Assembly (NCBI RefSeq): GCF_018977255.1
Contig: NW_024704743.1
Coordinates: forward strand, 22,942,001 to 23,006,000
DNA from: Callorhinchus milii
Lineage: Eukaryota
DNA: 64,000 bases
Reading direction: 5' to 3'
Part shown: in pieces, positions 24,147 to 37,200 of the stretch
Numbering within the stretch: position 1 is the stretch's first letter
How the letters are laid out: every line of letters starts with the position of its first letter
Notes under the pieces: model-generated
What the model was told of the DNA's origin: nothing
Databases searched by the model: none
The model's input: only the letters and a program-made list of their open reading frames with translations
Program-made: the position numbers and the translations under genes

Positions 24147-24724
24147 AAATGTGGCTTCATAAGAGATTCAGTATCATTGATATCAAATCTGTTACGAAAC
24201 ATCACATCACATTTTTTTGTCTATTCCTAAAGACTGGTCATGAATGTGAATTCCCTCTGCACACACTATGACACGCTAGTAGCCATTACGATTTCAGATT
24301 TCATTTCCAGTGTTCCAAATCAGCGATTATGCAGCATTTCAGTGCAATTTCATGGGATATCAACATAACTCAATTAGCATCACATAAAGTATTATTAAAA
24401 CGCAAGCTCCAGGGTAAGGAACAAACGACAGGGCTGTCAGTGGGAAACTAAGATAATGGTGTGGAAATCTGGGAAGCGACTTCAAACCTAACTATTTTGT
24501 TGAAGTTGGTGGGGTGGGGGTTGGGAGGAGAGAGAGGTTTGGGGTATTCATAGCAGTCATTAGGAGTAGTTGGAAGCATGTGATGTTTCATAATACAATA
24601 CCCAAGGCGCATAATCTATCACATAGCATTTTCACCCCAATACTCTAACCTTGAGAGAATTTTTTTTACAAAATATTGGCTTTAAAAAAATTAAAAAATT
24701 CTTTATATTCTGACAAATGAACAG

Positions 24725-24827
24725 ATTTGCTGAGGCATCATACTCCTCCTCCAAAGAAGACCTCTCCAATTCTATACTTGCAACCAGACTGGTATGTACA
24801 TGGGCCACCATCTCCCAGGAGCACAGA
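24725..24827 (+). CDS. C7orf57: C7orf57-like coding exon 3 (DLLRHHTPPPKKTSPILYLQPDWYVHGPPSPRST)
   Basis: Acceptor aacag, donor GA|gtaagt, 103 nt, phase 1-2. Compare human DLLKH...SP..Y.LPDWY.H (recalled). Confidence 0.92.
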
Positions 24828-26568
24828 GTAAGTACAAATATACATTTACAAAGTAATGATATTGAATTGTGGATAGTATTTTCTTTAGAATACAATAACA
24901 TTTCACAAATATTTTTGGCCACATTGGGTGGGAAAGGGGTAATATCCAGAGGTCAATATTGAAATAATAGAATTGTAAGGTTTTCATTCACTTACTCAAT
25001 TTCATTCACTTATTAAATATTTATTAACATGTTTCAAACAGCTGTGTGAGGAGACACAATATTTAATAGCATAAAGCAAATGTCTATAGATATTCTGTCC
25101 TCCTTGTGAGAATGTAAGTAGGCGTTAGGATTGTCCCCACCCAGCTCCTGATATTGCTGCAAGCCGAAGCCCTAGTTGGACAAGCAGCAGCAAACCTGCT
25201 TGTGCTCTGATAAAGTAGGCTTTGTGGTTTTAGCTGGATGAAATTCGTTAGTACACGTTGTACTCTCTGGAGTCCTCAAGCTTGCCAACCTGCACTTCAA
25301 ATACATTAGGTAAGCAGGACGTGTCCTGCTGAGGAGAGAGTTAACACTCCTTACTAGGTGAACGGAAACCATATGTATGTGTAACTCTTAATAATTTCAC
25401 TTGGAGACTTTTACACATTGTGCTGGGTTTCCATGTGTCTCAAATACCTATCTTACCAAAATAAATCTGTGCTTATTGTGAAAAAAATCTAATTATGGAA
25501 AAAAACTTTCAGTGCAGAAGCTAGAAAATACTCGAGTGGAATCCCAAAATATTATCATTGGGATGCAGTGCTCTGACAGCCCCATGTGTAGTGCCACAGA
25601 ATGATAAGACATTTGAATCAATTTTCCACGTGAGGACCTAATCTTATTCATGCTGTTCGCGGAACGTAGCCACTGGTGGTCAGCGATGTCACTACAGGGA
25701 GGAAGAGAAAATCAGTGATTAGGGCTGTTCTTGTTTCCTGTGACGAGTTATGGAGTATCATCGGCGGAAGTAACAGAACAAAGTAAAGCTGGACATTGTC
25801 CTGTTGGGGGTTGCTTGTGTTTAGAGCTAGAGAACGGGAACTCTAAAGAGCGCAGAAGAAATGTGAGGAGGTGGAAGGAATTAAACAGATTTTAAAATCA
25901 CATAATCTGTCACACTTGTTGATTACTTGTTGTAGTTTAAAAAATGTAACACTTTACCCAAAAGGGGAGATTTTTAAAAAATATTTCTGGATAACTTTTT
26001 ATGCTAGTGATTTTCTATTAATATAGCAAACTTAATTTTCTTGTTACCTATTGACAAAAACAATTTGGATTTATTTATTTGTTATCTCGCTCTATTAACA
26101 CATATAAAAATGATGCTCCGAGTAACTCATAAAGCTGCATTTTAACTGAGGGTTTATGGCAGTGATTCAGATATTCAACGGAGAAATTTCTGTTCCCTTT
26201 TTTTCCTGTTTAACTATGAAAACTAACTTTGTAATGACATTGCAAAAGCAATGGTCACATCTATTAACACAATAGTCATTGCTTGTTATAGTTTCATCAT
26301 GGTTGTCTAAATATTTAATTATCTTGAAATCTTACCAAATGATCAGTTAATGATCAAAAGTTAAAATCATAATACCTTTTATAATGTAATGTATTGTATA
26401 ATATAATAATATTATAATCATAATACATTGAGAAAGCATTTAAATACATAATTATACGCACATGAGGAGTAACTATGACAGACTTCTGTAACACATTGAA
26501 ATACGCACGAGAAACAATCAATTTTTAAGGCATTCATGTCAACAGCCTGAATGAAACTTTACTTACAG

Positions 26569-26719
26569 GGTGCCCAAGTGGTACTTGCCTGAGTACATGG
26601 TCCATCACGAGTTCACTCCTAAGCATTCTGATGTGAAGCGAGCAGCACAACATACTGAAAAGAAACAGTTGCAAAGGGAGGCAGAAGATAATGAGAAGGA
26701 AAATAAAAGAAAAGTAAAG
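26569..26719 (+). CDS. C7orf57: C7orf57-like coding exon 4 (EVPKWYLPEYMVHHEFTP...QREAEDNEKENKRKVK)
   Basis: Acceptor tttacttacag. Donor AAG|gtaatc at 26720, with an alternative in-frame donor at 26714. Phase 2-0. Confidence 0.9.
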
Positions 26720-27167
26720 GTAATCAAATATTTTGCAAATTACCTTAATTGATAAAGTCAGATCTTGTTTCTTTAAGTAAGGCAAAGATGGAAATTACAT
26801 ATGATTTAGGAGCAGCCATGTGTTATTTGTTAGTGACTAAGAATGCTGAGGCTTAATTTGCTGACCTGGTCTTGTATCTGCATTAGTTAAAAAATATATT
26901 TTGCTGTTCAATCCGTCATTATTCCTGTAGCAAATACAGTATGCAACTAAACTAATACCTCCAGGTAGCCTGATAATGGCCACAAACTCAGCTCTCTTCA
27001 GAGGTGATACAAATCTCATTTCTATGTGAGGTTGACAGGCTCTGTCATCCTAAATAGAGTCAAGAGTATCTTCCTTTGAGTATATTCTAGTTCCAACTAT
27101 TCATGGAGATGTTCCTTATTTATATTTAACTTCCATACCTGTCTGATGAAGACAGGAATGGACAAGT

Positions 27168-27357
27168 GAAGTCCTGTAGCTCAGTGGTTAGAGCACTCGC
27201 CTTGCCAGCGAGACACCTGGGTTCAATTTCAGACAGGGCAAAACCTTGGGCAAGTTTCCTTACTCCACACGCCTTATAATAATCCCTCCAAAACAAAACA
27301 ATAATAAATTGGTCATTTTCAATCCATGACTGTTTGTGGGACACTGCTGTGCCCAAT
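27168..27357 (+). mobile_element. Deu SINE, short subfamily, 3' truncated
   Basis: tRNA head plus core up to gctgtgcccaat. Confidence 0.85.
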
Positions 27358-27594
27358 ATTTTGAATCAAAGACCTCAGGCCTGGCTTAAAAGAATCAGGA
27401 ATCATTCCATATTATGTTTATCCGACTGTTAATCACACATAGATTTGAACATGATTCAAACACCTTTAGAAAAGAATTAACACATAACACATTAAATATC
27501 ACTTAATTTCTGGCTCCGAATATCTTCTTTTGCTGTGCAATGAAATTCTTTATCACAAGAATATACAACTCCTTATTACAGCCTACTTGCTTAC

Positions 27595-27910
27595 ATCCCA
27601 CTCCACTACCCACTGCCTCTGCTCAACCTCCCCAGCCTATCCCTCAGATTTACCAAACCTGTGCATAACCTAGGCATCAGGTTTGTTCCAGTCTCCTGCA
27701 CATCTCTTGTCCCCTTCGCACCACCATCAACAACCCAAAACTATGGAACTCTTTTTCCTCAATCGTTTCACCTTGCCTCCTCCTTCCCTGTCTTCAGATC
27801 AAAGCTGAAGACCTTCCTCGTCGACTGTGCCTACAGTCACCTCCCCCCTCTCCCCAGCTCTTAGACCCTACCCTGTATGAAGGGCACTATATATACAAGT
27901 TATTGTAGTA
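27595..27910 (+). mobile_element. L2 3' fragment, degenerate
   Basis: LASSFPVFRSKLKTFLVDCAYS, with the tail gaagggcactatatatacaagttattgtag. Confidence 0.65.
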
Positions 27911-28740
27911 GTCTGGCAAAGATGCATGAAATTGCACACATTTCATTCTTCTTTGCCAGATACTGGGCTTAAAAAAAAATAAAAATAAAATGTGATCCTC
28001 ACATTTGGGATTCAGATCTTGCTAAACAATTTCAACAAAGACAAGCAAACTGACTTTTAGTTATCTTTAACTACATGATTTTCAATTTTAAGCGCTCTGA
28101 GATGCTACCCTGCATGGAGGATGCTATATAAGTGCAAGTAGTTGTTGTTCAACTGTATTCAACCAGTGATCTTAGCGTTGCCATGTTATTCTTGCCATGG
28201 ATATATACTTTGGTTTCATCTCACTTAAATATATATTTTAACATGATGAGTTATGTCAACATTGGGAACTTGAACAAGTTCAAGCAACTTGAACACTCAG
28301 CTTGTGACGTCGGTAGAGATAGCGGTTAAAGTAAGGGCACATCAGGATTAACTCTGTAAATTATTAATTCAGCTCCCTGCACTTTTAGGCTCAGTAACTT
28401 TGCTAGCTAAAACCTTCAACATATGTATCGAAGAAAATTAATTATTAATTCAATTATTTAATCCTAATTATTAATTTAAGATTAAATCTTTGTAGGGCAA
28501 ATATTTATTAAAAGAATGTAAGATTTCCTCTTTTAAGAACATGTTAATGATCAATAACAAAAAATTATTTATAAATAGCTCCCTCTGGAACATTGTTTTT
28601 GTTGATGAAATACAAACGTGCTGGACCTATAGCAGGTATAACTACCCAGATGAACTGCACACCTCCATTATTAATACCTGCTGCTTTTAATATTGCTGCC
28701 TTATCTAATTCTGTTAAAAATTGTATTTTCTGCACTGCAG

Positions 28741-28868
28741 CTGAAATTGCCAGCAATTGGAAACAAAACACAAAAGGAGAAAATGTTTGGTTCTACAACC
28801 AAAAAAATAGAGTCTTCTAAAACAGCAAGAGGAGATCACTTGGCAAATAAATGCACATTTCCACCCAT
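28741..28868 (+). CDS. C7orf57: C7orf57-like coding exon 5 (LKLPAIGNKTQKEKMFGSTTKKIESSKTARGDHLANKCTFPP)
   Basis: Acceptor ttttctgcactgcag, donor AT|gtaagt, 128 nt, phase 0-2. Compare human LRLPAI...FPPV. Confidence 0.92.
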
Positions 28869-29733
28869 GTAAGTAGCAATCTGGAAGGGCTTGTTTACAT
28901 GCAGTACCTAGTATTTTCCATATTTAATGGATAGTGTTTGCCTGTCAGAAAAGTGCAGGGACATTGTCATTTGACAATTGCTTCACGATTTCAGTATATA
29001 AGTAATGTTGACTATCAGATCTACAGTGTAGAATTTGTGGAGCAATGAAACTCACAACCTCCTCTGCTAAATTAATGTGAGGCAAAAAAATCTGTCATCT
29101 AATGCATTCATACGGAACTTGCCTGTACTGCTTGTAGTTACTTTAAGTTACTGTTAGTCATGAAGCACTCAGCTAGTGAGATAGTTTTTTGGCCTGCCAT
29201 CTGTAGTGAGAAAGACTTAGTAAGGAATAGGCAGCACATGAACGTCATTTGTTCAAGAATCTGTGAAGCTTCATTGCCCATCTTATTGATCTACCACATG
29301 TCTTCAGTGTATGTTTGAGCTTTGCCAGATGCTCCAACACTGCCCTAGAATTATCTGGTGGAGCATGTTCAGGGATGCCACATTTCATTAGTGCTGTCAT
29401 TCTGTGTTTTAACATTATACATTCTCTGAACAATAGTTTTAAAGTGGTTTTGTAATGGGCATACTTCACCAACACCATGTACATCAATGTGCACCCAAGA
29501 TTTTCTATACTTTGTTCCAGGTCTCACCCATATCACATGGGGAGTTATTAAGGTGAAGCATGAAGAACTCCTCAAAATAAAATCCTCGGGAACATTGTGC
29601 TATGCACTTGCTGATTATAGAGTATCTTTCATTGGCAGAGGGTTGACATCAGAATATCCCCTCTGAAGCAGAATGCATGAACTTGCAAGGGCAAATGATA
29701 TTTTACCTACAAAATAATTAGAATTTCTCTCTT

Positions 29734-29765
<32 letters not shown>

Positions 29766-30139
29766 ATGGTATTTATATATTTATAACAAAAACGAACCTA
29801 TATATTTAGCTGTTTTGTTTATAAAATTGATATTACTTACTTTCAGTATAGGTGTAGTGATCGCTCTCCAGAATTATCATTTTGGAGTAATGTAAATTGT
29901 CTCAGTGAGGGATTAGTGAATAGTTTCAGAAAGGTTTCTTAGGTGGGTGCCTGAGTTATTCAGGTTTTTTTTTTTGCTGCCTTGATGAATTCCCTCAGGC
30001 CTCAAACTGGGGTATACCCAACAAAAAAGCACTGCTCCATTTTCCAGTTAAATGACAACATAAAATTCTGGCTTAAGTTCCTCAGTGTCAGTTTGAATTT
30101 CTTTCTTGCATTTTTGCATTGCCATAAATTAATTACCAT

Positions 30140-30670
30140 GTCACAAGAGTGGTCTGGGTGAAGAAGGCCTTTAATCCATTTAATCTCATCCTTCTAGAAC
30201 ACCCACCCTACTGACTTCCAATTACAGCATAAAGCCCTTTTTTGAATGACTTCATCATCCTGATCTCTACCATCTTTCCTGGTAACCTCTTCTAGTTGTT
30301 GATTACCCTCTGCATTAAGAAATTACTACTGTCTGTTTTGAAATTGTCCTTTGCAATTCTAAACCTGTGTCCTCTTGTTCTACAGTCTTAGTCCATCCAA
30401 AGGCATTGTTCTAGGGTTACTTTCCAAATCCTATTTAAAAAAATGTATATACACCTGTAAGATCTTTGAGATATCTCCTTTGAAGACTGAAGAGCCCTAA
30501 CTTGTCTAATTGTTGTTTTTAATTTCTCTGTAACTGGGGATCATCCTCATTACTCTCTGCACTGCCTCTAGGACCTGGGTTGGGCAGCCCCTTTATGTCA
30601 GGACGATCAGAGCTGTATGCCATACTCTAGGTGCAGCCTGATGAGATGACTATATAGCGCGATTATGACC
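30140..30670 (-). mobile_element. Old CR1 3' fragment
   Basis: Reverse complement of a degenerate LIRLHLEYGIQL...LGLFSLQRRYL segment and 3' UTR-like sequence. Confidence 0.55.
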
Positions 30671-32330
30671 TCTGGGAACCCAAAGCAAAACCATGGAAAC
30701 TTATTTTGTTGATTCACAAAACATACGTTTTTGTTACGAGGGGATGGTTTGACAGGAAACCATCCACACTTTGGCATTACGCAGGTTTTCTGAAATGTTA
30801 TTACAGAACCCTAGGTTCCAGTTCACCAACCACTTGTATTCCTTCCTTCAAGCATGATAGGGTCTAGGAGTGCTACAAAATGGTTTAGCACCAAGCCACG
30901 GGGAAGGGAGATGATCATGGGTACGGTCGAAGAGGTAGCAAATGGTACTTTTGTCAAGGGGTCTGGGCAGTAGTCCCAAATAATTACTTGTGTCAAAATG
31001 TTAACGAATTAAATTTTTAATTTTTCAGTGTTAGTCTCTGACAGAGTCAAAATCTGACAGCCAGACAGAAGTCTTTTTCAGAATGTGGTTCTGACCCCTT
31101 ACAACAAGTGCAACAGGGTGATAGTTGCCTAGATGTGATGGTCGTATATATATATATGTGCTGTTTTCAATGGGAATTCGCAGCATCAAACTGCAATGAA
31201 GGTATAGCAAGGCAGGAGGATCCTGAGCTCTGTGGGACAACTGTCACTGGCCTCATTCGCCTTGCGATCTAGAGGAGTCTTTTTGAAGCCATTGATAACA
31301 TTGCCTGATCCTAGCAATGGAGGAAGGATTGGTTGGAGTTGGCACTTCAGGTCAATTTTGCTGGTGGTTCCAAGGAGAGGATGGCTAATGAGTGGAAGGC
31401 TAGTGCAAAGGTAAGATTAACAAGACAGGATGATTTTCAGGGACATCTTGGTGTGTCCTCAAAAGTGGGGGCCAGCACAATGGAGAAATTAATGACTGTA
31501 CATGATTTGTTCTCAGATTATGCACAACTGCAGCCAGTAGGGGGCACATAGAGATACCCTACAGATAGATGCAAGAACTGATGGTGACAGAGCAGATAAT
31601 AGCTCCACTGATACCCCTGGAGGGAGAGAAAGAATATGGGATAACTGGGAGCTGTGGCCGACAAGGTACATTGTTATTAACGATCATTCGTCTTAACATT
31701 GTTTCCAACATGACTTCCAAAAGAAATGTGTTCATGTACTCTTATTTGTTTCTTTCAGCCTCAATGCAGTCACCAGTTTGTAGGGAGCTCTTGTACCCGC
31801 ACTTCAGCACATACAGCAGTAGCACAAGCAGCAGCAAGAGTAGCAATTGCCAGCAGCTGTTAACTCCTGGAGGAAGAAGAGGTGATAAGGAAGATGATAA
31901 GGACACCAAAGAAGAGAATGGAAGAGAATAAAAGACCCAGGGAATGATGGCTCACTCCTCAGCTCACACATGACAGTCCAATTCTGCAGCAAGCAGTACA
32001 TTTGCACAGTGCCACTCACAGCAAGGCACCTCTGAGGGGAAGGTAGATGATGGAACCAAGCAATAAGCTCTGGAGTGTTGAGGTGGAAAGAGGGTGAGAA
32101 GTGTAGCAGAGCCACGAGACGTCTTTACAGTAGGTGTCTTGAGGTGCAGCTGTCCCTTACTCCTGGGGCAAGTGGAGATGTTAGGGACAGTGGCATTGAC
32201 CTCTGCCTCTTCTTTCTCCCACTCCACGTTGGGGAAATGCCGTCTGGTGTTCCCTTCTTTCCCTCTCACATATAAATGATGCACTGCAAGGCAGGTGCAT
32301 ACAATGGAAATGTGTAACCTGGCTACACGT

Positions 32331-32721
32331 GGAGTCCTGTAGCTCAGTGGTTAGAGCACTCGCCTCGCAAGCAAGAGACGTGAATTAGATTCCCGACAGG
32401 GCGAAACATTGAGCAAGTTTCCTTAATCCACATGCTTCTGTTTACCTATCAGTAAGGAGGAACTCGGTTGATAGTCGATTGGTGGATCGCTTTTCCGGGG
32501 TAATAATTCCTTCAAAAAAAATTATAATAATAATTTGGTCACTCAATCCATGATTGTTTGTGGAACACCTCTGCCTCTTCTTGCTGTACGCAATTGCCTG
32601 CCTCGTTTCGCCCATAAAATATACAGTCAATTCACTTTACAGTATCATCTGTGAAGCGCTTTGAGAAGTCTTGAAGACGTGATAAGGCACTATATTAAAT
32701 TCAAGGATTATTATTATTATT
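32331..32721 (+). mobile_element. Deu SINE, long subfamily, full length
   Basis: tRNA head, ~60-bp internal segment, Deu core and (att)n tail. Confidence 0.9.
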
Positions 32722-33129
32722 ACATATCAAACTCATGGCATTGTTAAGGAGCTTGTTATTTAATATAATTATTATTGACAACTAACTATTGTCTTTAGTC
32801 ATTTGTTTGTCTGTGTTCATATTTCCTCTATGGATATCATTATTTTTTAAATTCATCAGCAACATTACACAAGGTTCCAAAGAACGGTATATCTGCATTC
32901 TCACTATTGGTGGGAAAATGATCAATTTCCAAGATATACTGTCAATGCACTTTACAGTATATTCTGTGAAGTGCTTTGAGACATCTCGAAGATGTGATGA
33001 GGCGATATATCAAATGCAAGGATTATTATTATAGAGAATCTGTTCAGAACTCATGTAAAACTAAGGTCTTTTTAAGAGTTGGCACAGGATCATCTTCATC
33101 TATCTTCAATAAACAGGTGCAAATAACTT

Positions 33130-33795
33130 ACAACAACTTGCATTTATATAGCACCCTTTATATCGGATAAGGTCTTTGCGTTTCTCATTAGTGGGGTCGG
33201 ATGCCAAGAAGGGGGGAAGGTGAGATGACCGTAGGAGCAGTTAAAGAGATCAATTTTAATTTGGGATTTAAAGAAACCGAGAGGAGGCAGGAAATTCCAG
33301 AAGTTAGGGGTGTAGCGATTGAAAATCACTATATTATATATATATATTTATGTATATATATCATATATAATATAGTATATATATCATATGAAATAAATAC
33401 ATGAAAAACGTTATATCAAAGGCAAAGATTATTTATTATATAATGATTGAAGGCTCAGCCACCAATAGTGGCACAATGGTGGTGTGAAGGGTGGGAGGGG
33501 GGGCGTGGCGATGATCAGTTAATTGGAGAACTGATCCCCACTATCAGCGGTCAAGTCTTCAGCCTTTCTGCCCCCACCCTTTGGAACATCCCTCATTCTC
33601 TTTGCCTCACTCCCTCCCTTACCTCCTTCAAGGCACGTCTCAAGACCCTCTTCTTCGACCGCGCCTTCGGCCAACCTCCTGCCCTCCACCCTCCCCGATC
33701 CTGACCCCCAGCTCAGGTCCAAATCCCTGACTGTCCACTGCCTTGGGACGTCCTCCCGCCATGGAAGGCGCTATACAAATATAATTTGGTATTAT
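33130..33795. mobile_element. Two divergent L2 3' fragments (minus 33130-33490, plus 33535-33795)
   Basis: The plus part reads PTISGQVFSLSAPTLWNIPHSLCLTPSLTSFKARLKTLFFDRAF with the tail gggacgtcctcccgccatggaaggcgctatac. The minus part has a (CAA)n tail. Confidence 0.7.
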
Positions 33796-34652
33796 ATTGT
33801 ATCTAGAGTGTATTCCATCTCAAGTGCATAAAACATTCATGTTTAAAATTGCACCAAATCATGAACAAATTTGAATATTAAATCTACCTCATAAATAGTG
33901 AGAAAATATATCCTTTTTGAATCAAAACTTCTGTTCCAGTGAAAACTCATACATTAGGCACTCTAGTGCCTATTTGTCCCCATGGTGTGACTTACAGAGA
34001 GATAAAAACTGTATTTTTGCTTGTCTATATTTAGATTGTTAAAATATATAGAGAATGGCCTTTTGCATACGTGGTTGTTCTCCAGAAGCAGTGTACGATG
34101 ACATCGAACATGTGTGTGCCAGTGGGTGTTCAATTCCCAAAATGTTTAATGATTGATTTTAGTGCTGCTGTTCCAGACATTAATGTAGACACTTTATTAC
34201 TGAAATGAAAGGAAAATTGGAAAGGGAGCCACCCCATGTCACTCCTCGCGTAACTTCTGGTGACTGGTAGATCTCTGATAGTATACAACAACAACAACAA
34301 GATTCCATTTATAGAGCGCCTTTCACGTCGGGAGGACGTCCCAAGGTGCTGGTCTAGCTCAGCCAAGCTATGGTACCTGGCTGGCAAGACCCAAAACAAG
34401 AGAGAAGTTGGAGAAAATCTAATTGATCTGATCACAGATAAAAAGGTACTCTGCAAATGGTATTTAAAAAATGAAAAGCACAAAATTAAATTATTGTGAA
34501 GTTTTCCCACTAATATTTATCGCTGTTTACAAGCAATAGTTTAAACACTGAGGTGAACACAACGTGACCAAAAACAAAAAAAAGATATTTTGAGGATATC
34601 TTGAGAATGCTAAATGCTGCTCCTTTCCTGTAATAAGTACCCTTTTATTTAG

Positions 34653-34786
34653 GCCCTTACCAAGAATAGAAGAACCTGTGAACATCACCAAATTGCTTAA
34701 TAATGAGTACGCTAACGAATGGATCCAGCAGCAAAAGGAAGGGAAGAAAGGACTGCAGGATGTGAATTCCAAGGAAGAACCTGGAG
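34653..34786 (+). CDS. C7orf57: C7orf57-like coding exon 6 (MPLPRIEEPVNITKLLNNEYANEWIQQQKEGKKGLQDVNSKEEPG)
   Basis: Acceptor ccttttatttag, donor GAG|gtaatt, 134 nt, phase 2-1. Compare human P.NFSKLISNGYKDEWLQQQ (recalled). Confidence 0.92.
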
Positions 34787-34929
34787 GTAATTTTTCAGGT
34801 TACTAATTGTGAAATAAGCGCTTTGTGACGTCTCAACGATGTGATAGGGGGCTATATGAAATGCAAGGATTATTATTATAACTATAAATAATTATAAATA
34901 AATATGAAGGTAAAAAGGGGGAATATGAA

Positions 34930-35108
34930 TACTTAGATGTATTTAAGGGATCGGTACATGAGGGAGAAAGGAATAGAAGGTTATGCTTGAAGGCTTAGTT
35001 GAGGAAGGGCAGGAGGAGGCTCATGTGGAGCATAAACACCGGCATAGACCAGTTGGGCCGAATGGCCTGTTTCCGTGCTGTATATTCTAATGTATTCTAA
35101 TGTATTCT
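34930..35108 (+). mobile_element. CR1-type 3' end
   Basis: ggaggctcatgtggagcataaacaccggcatagaccagttgggccgaatggcctgtttccgtgctgtat, then (attctaatgt)n. Similar ends occur at 45830-45945 and 57530-57635. Confidence 0.75.
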
Positions 35109-35189
35109 TTTAAATGATATGTAATAGAGAAGAGGCGTTGGAGTTACAGCATTTCTCCACAGGAATGGAGAAAAAACCGAGGGCGCGAT

Positions 35190-36010
35190 ACTTTCCACTG
35201 CTGTCTTGACAGAATGTCTGTCAGATATCAATGGATGAGAGCTAACTTTCTACAGTTGAATGTCAACACCACTGAGGCTCTCCTGATTGACTCCCGTTAG
35301 CGCCTCCTCACCTCAAGCACTGACAGCATCACCATCCATGGATGCACACTGCACCTTACTAAGCCAGTCCGGAACTTTGGCGTCTTGTTTGACCCTCAAC
35401 TATCCTTTCTACCCCACATCCGTGCCATGACTCGCTCTGCCTTCCCCCACCAACATCGCCCGACTCCGCCACTGTCTTACACCGCAGGCCGCTGAAACCC
35501 TCATACACGCTTTCATAACATCCAGGCTCCACTACACAAACTCCTTGCTTGTCGGCCTCCCCAACTCCTCTCTCCATCGGCTGCAGATCATCCAGAACTC
35601 TGTAGCCCGTGTCCTCTCCCACACCAGGCTCCGTGACCCTATCACCCTCATCCTCACCCGACTCCACTGGCTTCCCATCACACAGAGGATACTGTTCAGG
35701 ATCCTGGTCCTCACCTTCAAAGCCCACCACGGCATTGCTCCCTCTTACCTCTGCGACCTTCTAACCCCCTACCAACCTGCACATTCCCTTCGCTCAGCGG
35801 GTTCTGGCCCACTTCGCGTCCCCCGCCTCGCACCCTCACTTGCCTCCTTCAAGACCTATCTCAAGACCCTCCTCTTCGACCGTGCCTTCAGTCACCCTCC
35901 TTCTCCGCCCACCCTCCACTCTCCCCGATCCCCAGCTCGGCTCCAAAGCACTAATCGTCCAGTGTTTGTACAGTGAATAAATGTGCTATACAAATGTAAT
36001 TTTGTTGTTG
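35190..36010 (+). mobile_element. L2 LINE ORF2 3' fragment
   Basis: LVGLPNSSLHRLQIIQNSVARVLSHTRLRDPITLILTRLHWLPITQRILFRILVLTFKAHHGIAPSYLCDLL, with a (TTG)n tail. Confidence 0.92.
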
Positions 36011-36293
36011 TTTCACGGATATCTTGGTGGACAGATTAAAAGCAGCATAGTCAGGATCCTACAACTATGTTACATTTGTGTACATCTTTCACAACATTGT
36101 GAAAATATATCTGAACTGACATTATTCCACATGATTATGACCAAAGTAGCAATACAGGAATTGTTAGCATAAAATGTGTCTTTTATATTGTATATATATG
36201 TACCCTGTGACAATAAGTAAACATAGAACAAGAAAAAAGCTATTTGGTCCATGCTATGAAGTGCAATTTTTGTTGCAAAACAAGTGCTACCTT

Positions 36294-36600
36294 ATAATAA
36301 TAATAATAATCCTTGCATTTGATATAGCGCTTTTCACGTCTTCTAGACGTTTCAAAGCACTTCACGGAATATACTGTAAAGTGAATTGACTGTATATTTG
36401 TGGACGAAATGCAGCAGCCAATTGTGCACAGCCATGTCCTACAAACAGTCGTGGATTGAAATGACCAATTTATTATTTTTTTTGAGGGATTATTATCAGG
36501 CGTGTGGAGTAAGGAAACTTGTCCAAGGTTTCACACTGCTGGGAATTGAACCCAGGTCTCTTGCTTGTGAGTGCTCTAATCACTGAGCTGGAAGGATTCC
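36294..36600 (-). mobile_element. Deu SINE, short subfamily
   Basis: Full reverse-complement copy. Confidence 0.9.
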
Positions 36601-36869
36601 GAATTGATCACGAATTCCATTTAACTTGTTTAATTTCCTGACAAAATGTTTGGCGAGGTTTCTTCCTATCCCAGAAAACAAATCTACCATTATCCTTATA
36701 ACATTCAATCTTTCTACACCTTGGAACCAGCTTGTGTGTAACCAGTTCTAGTCATTTAAACTTGCATATTGTGGGGCTGAAAAAAAAGACTAATATTGCA
36801 GTAATAAATCTACTCAAACATCAATAAAAGCTTTACTATTGTAATATTAATCCCAACTACTAAAACAAT

Positions 36870-37200
36870 ACAACAGAAATTTACATTTATACAGCGCCTT
36901 TCACATCAGCAGGACAGTCATGGCTTGGCACCCAAGCTGAGGGTGGGAGCCGATTGGTAGGGGAGGGGCAATATGATCAAAGGTGTAGTCGAAAAGGAAG
37001 GTTTTGAGACAGACCTTGAAAAAGGCGAGGGAGTTATCGGGACTTCAGAATAGAGTTCCAGAGAGCGGAGAAGTTCCATAGACCGAAAGCCCAATGATGG
37101 GCGGTTAGAGCGAGGGACATAAAGCAGTCCAGTGCCCCCTTAGAGAAAGGAGCAGCCAGTTTGGTCGGTTTGAGGAGATTACAGGGGTAGGATGGGCAAG
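36870..37200 (-). mobile_element. L2 3' fragment
   Basis: L2 tail at 36870-36915 followed by degenerate L2 C-terminal coding sequence. Confidence 0.6.

Noticed and set aside
28593..28820. 75-aa + strand ORF overlapping exon 5 (similarly 24717-24962 over exon 3)
   Set aside because: Wrong frame. The spliced frame carries the conserved motifs.
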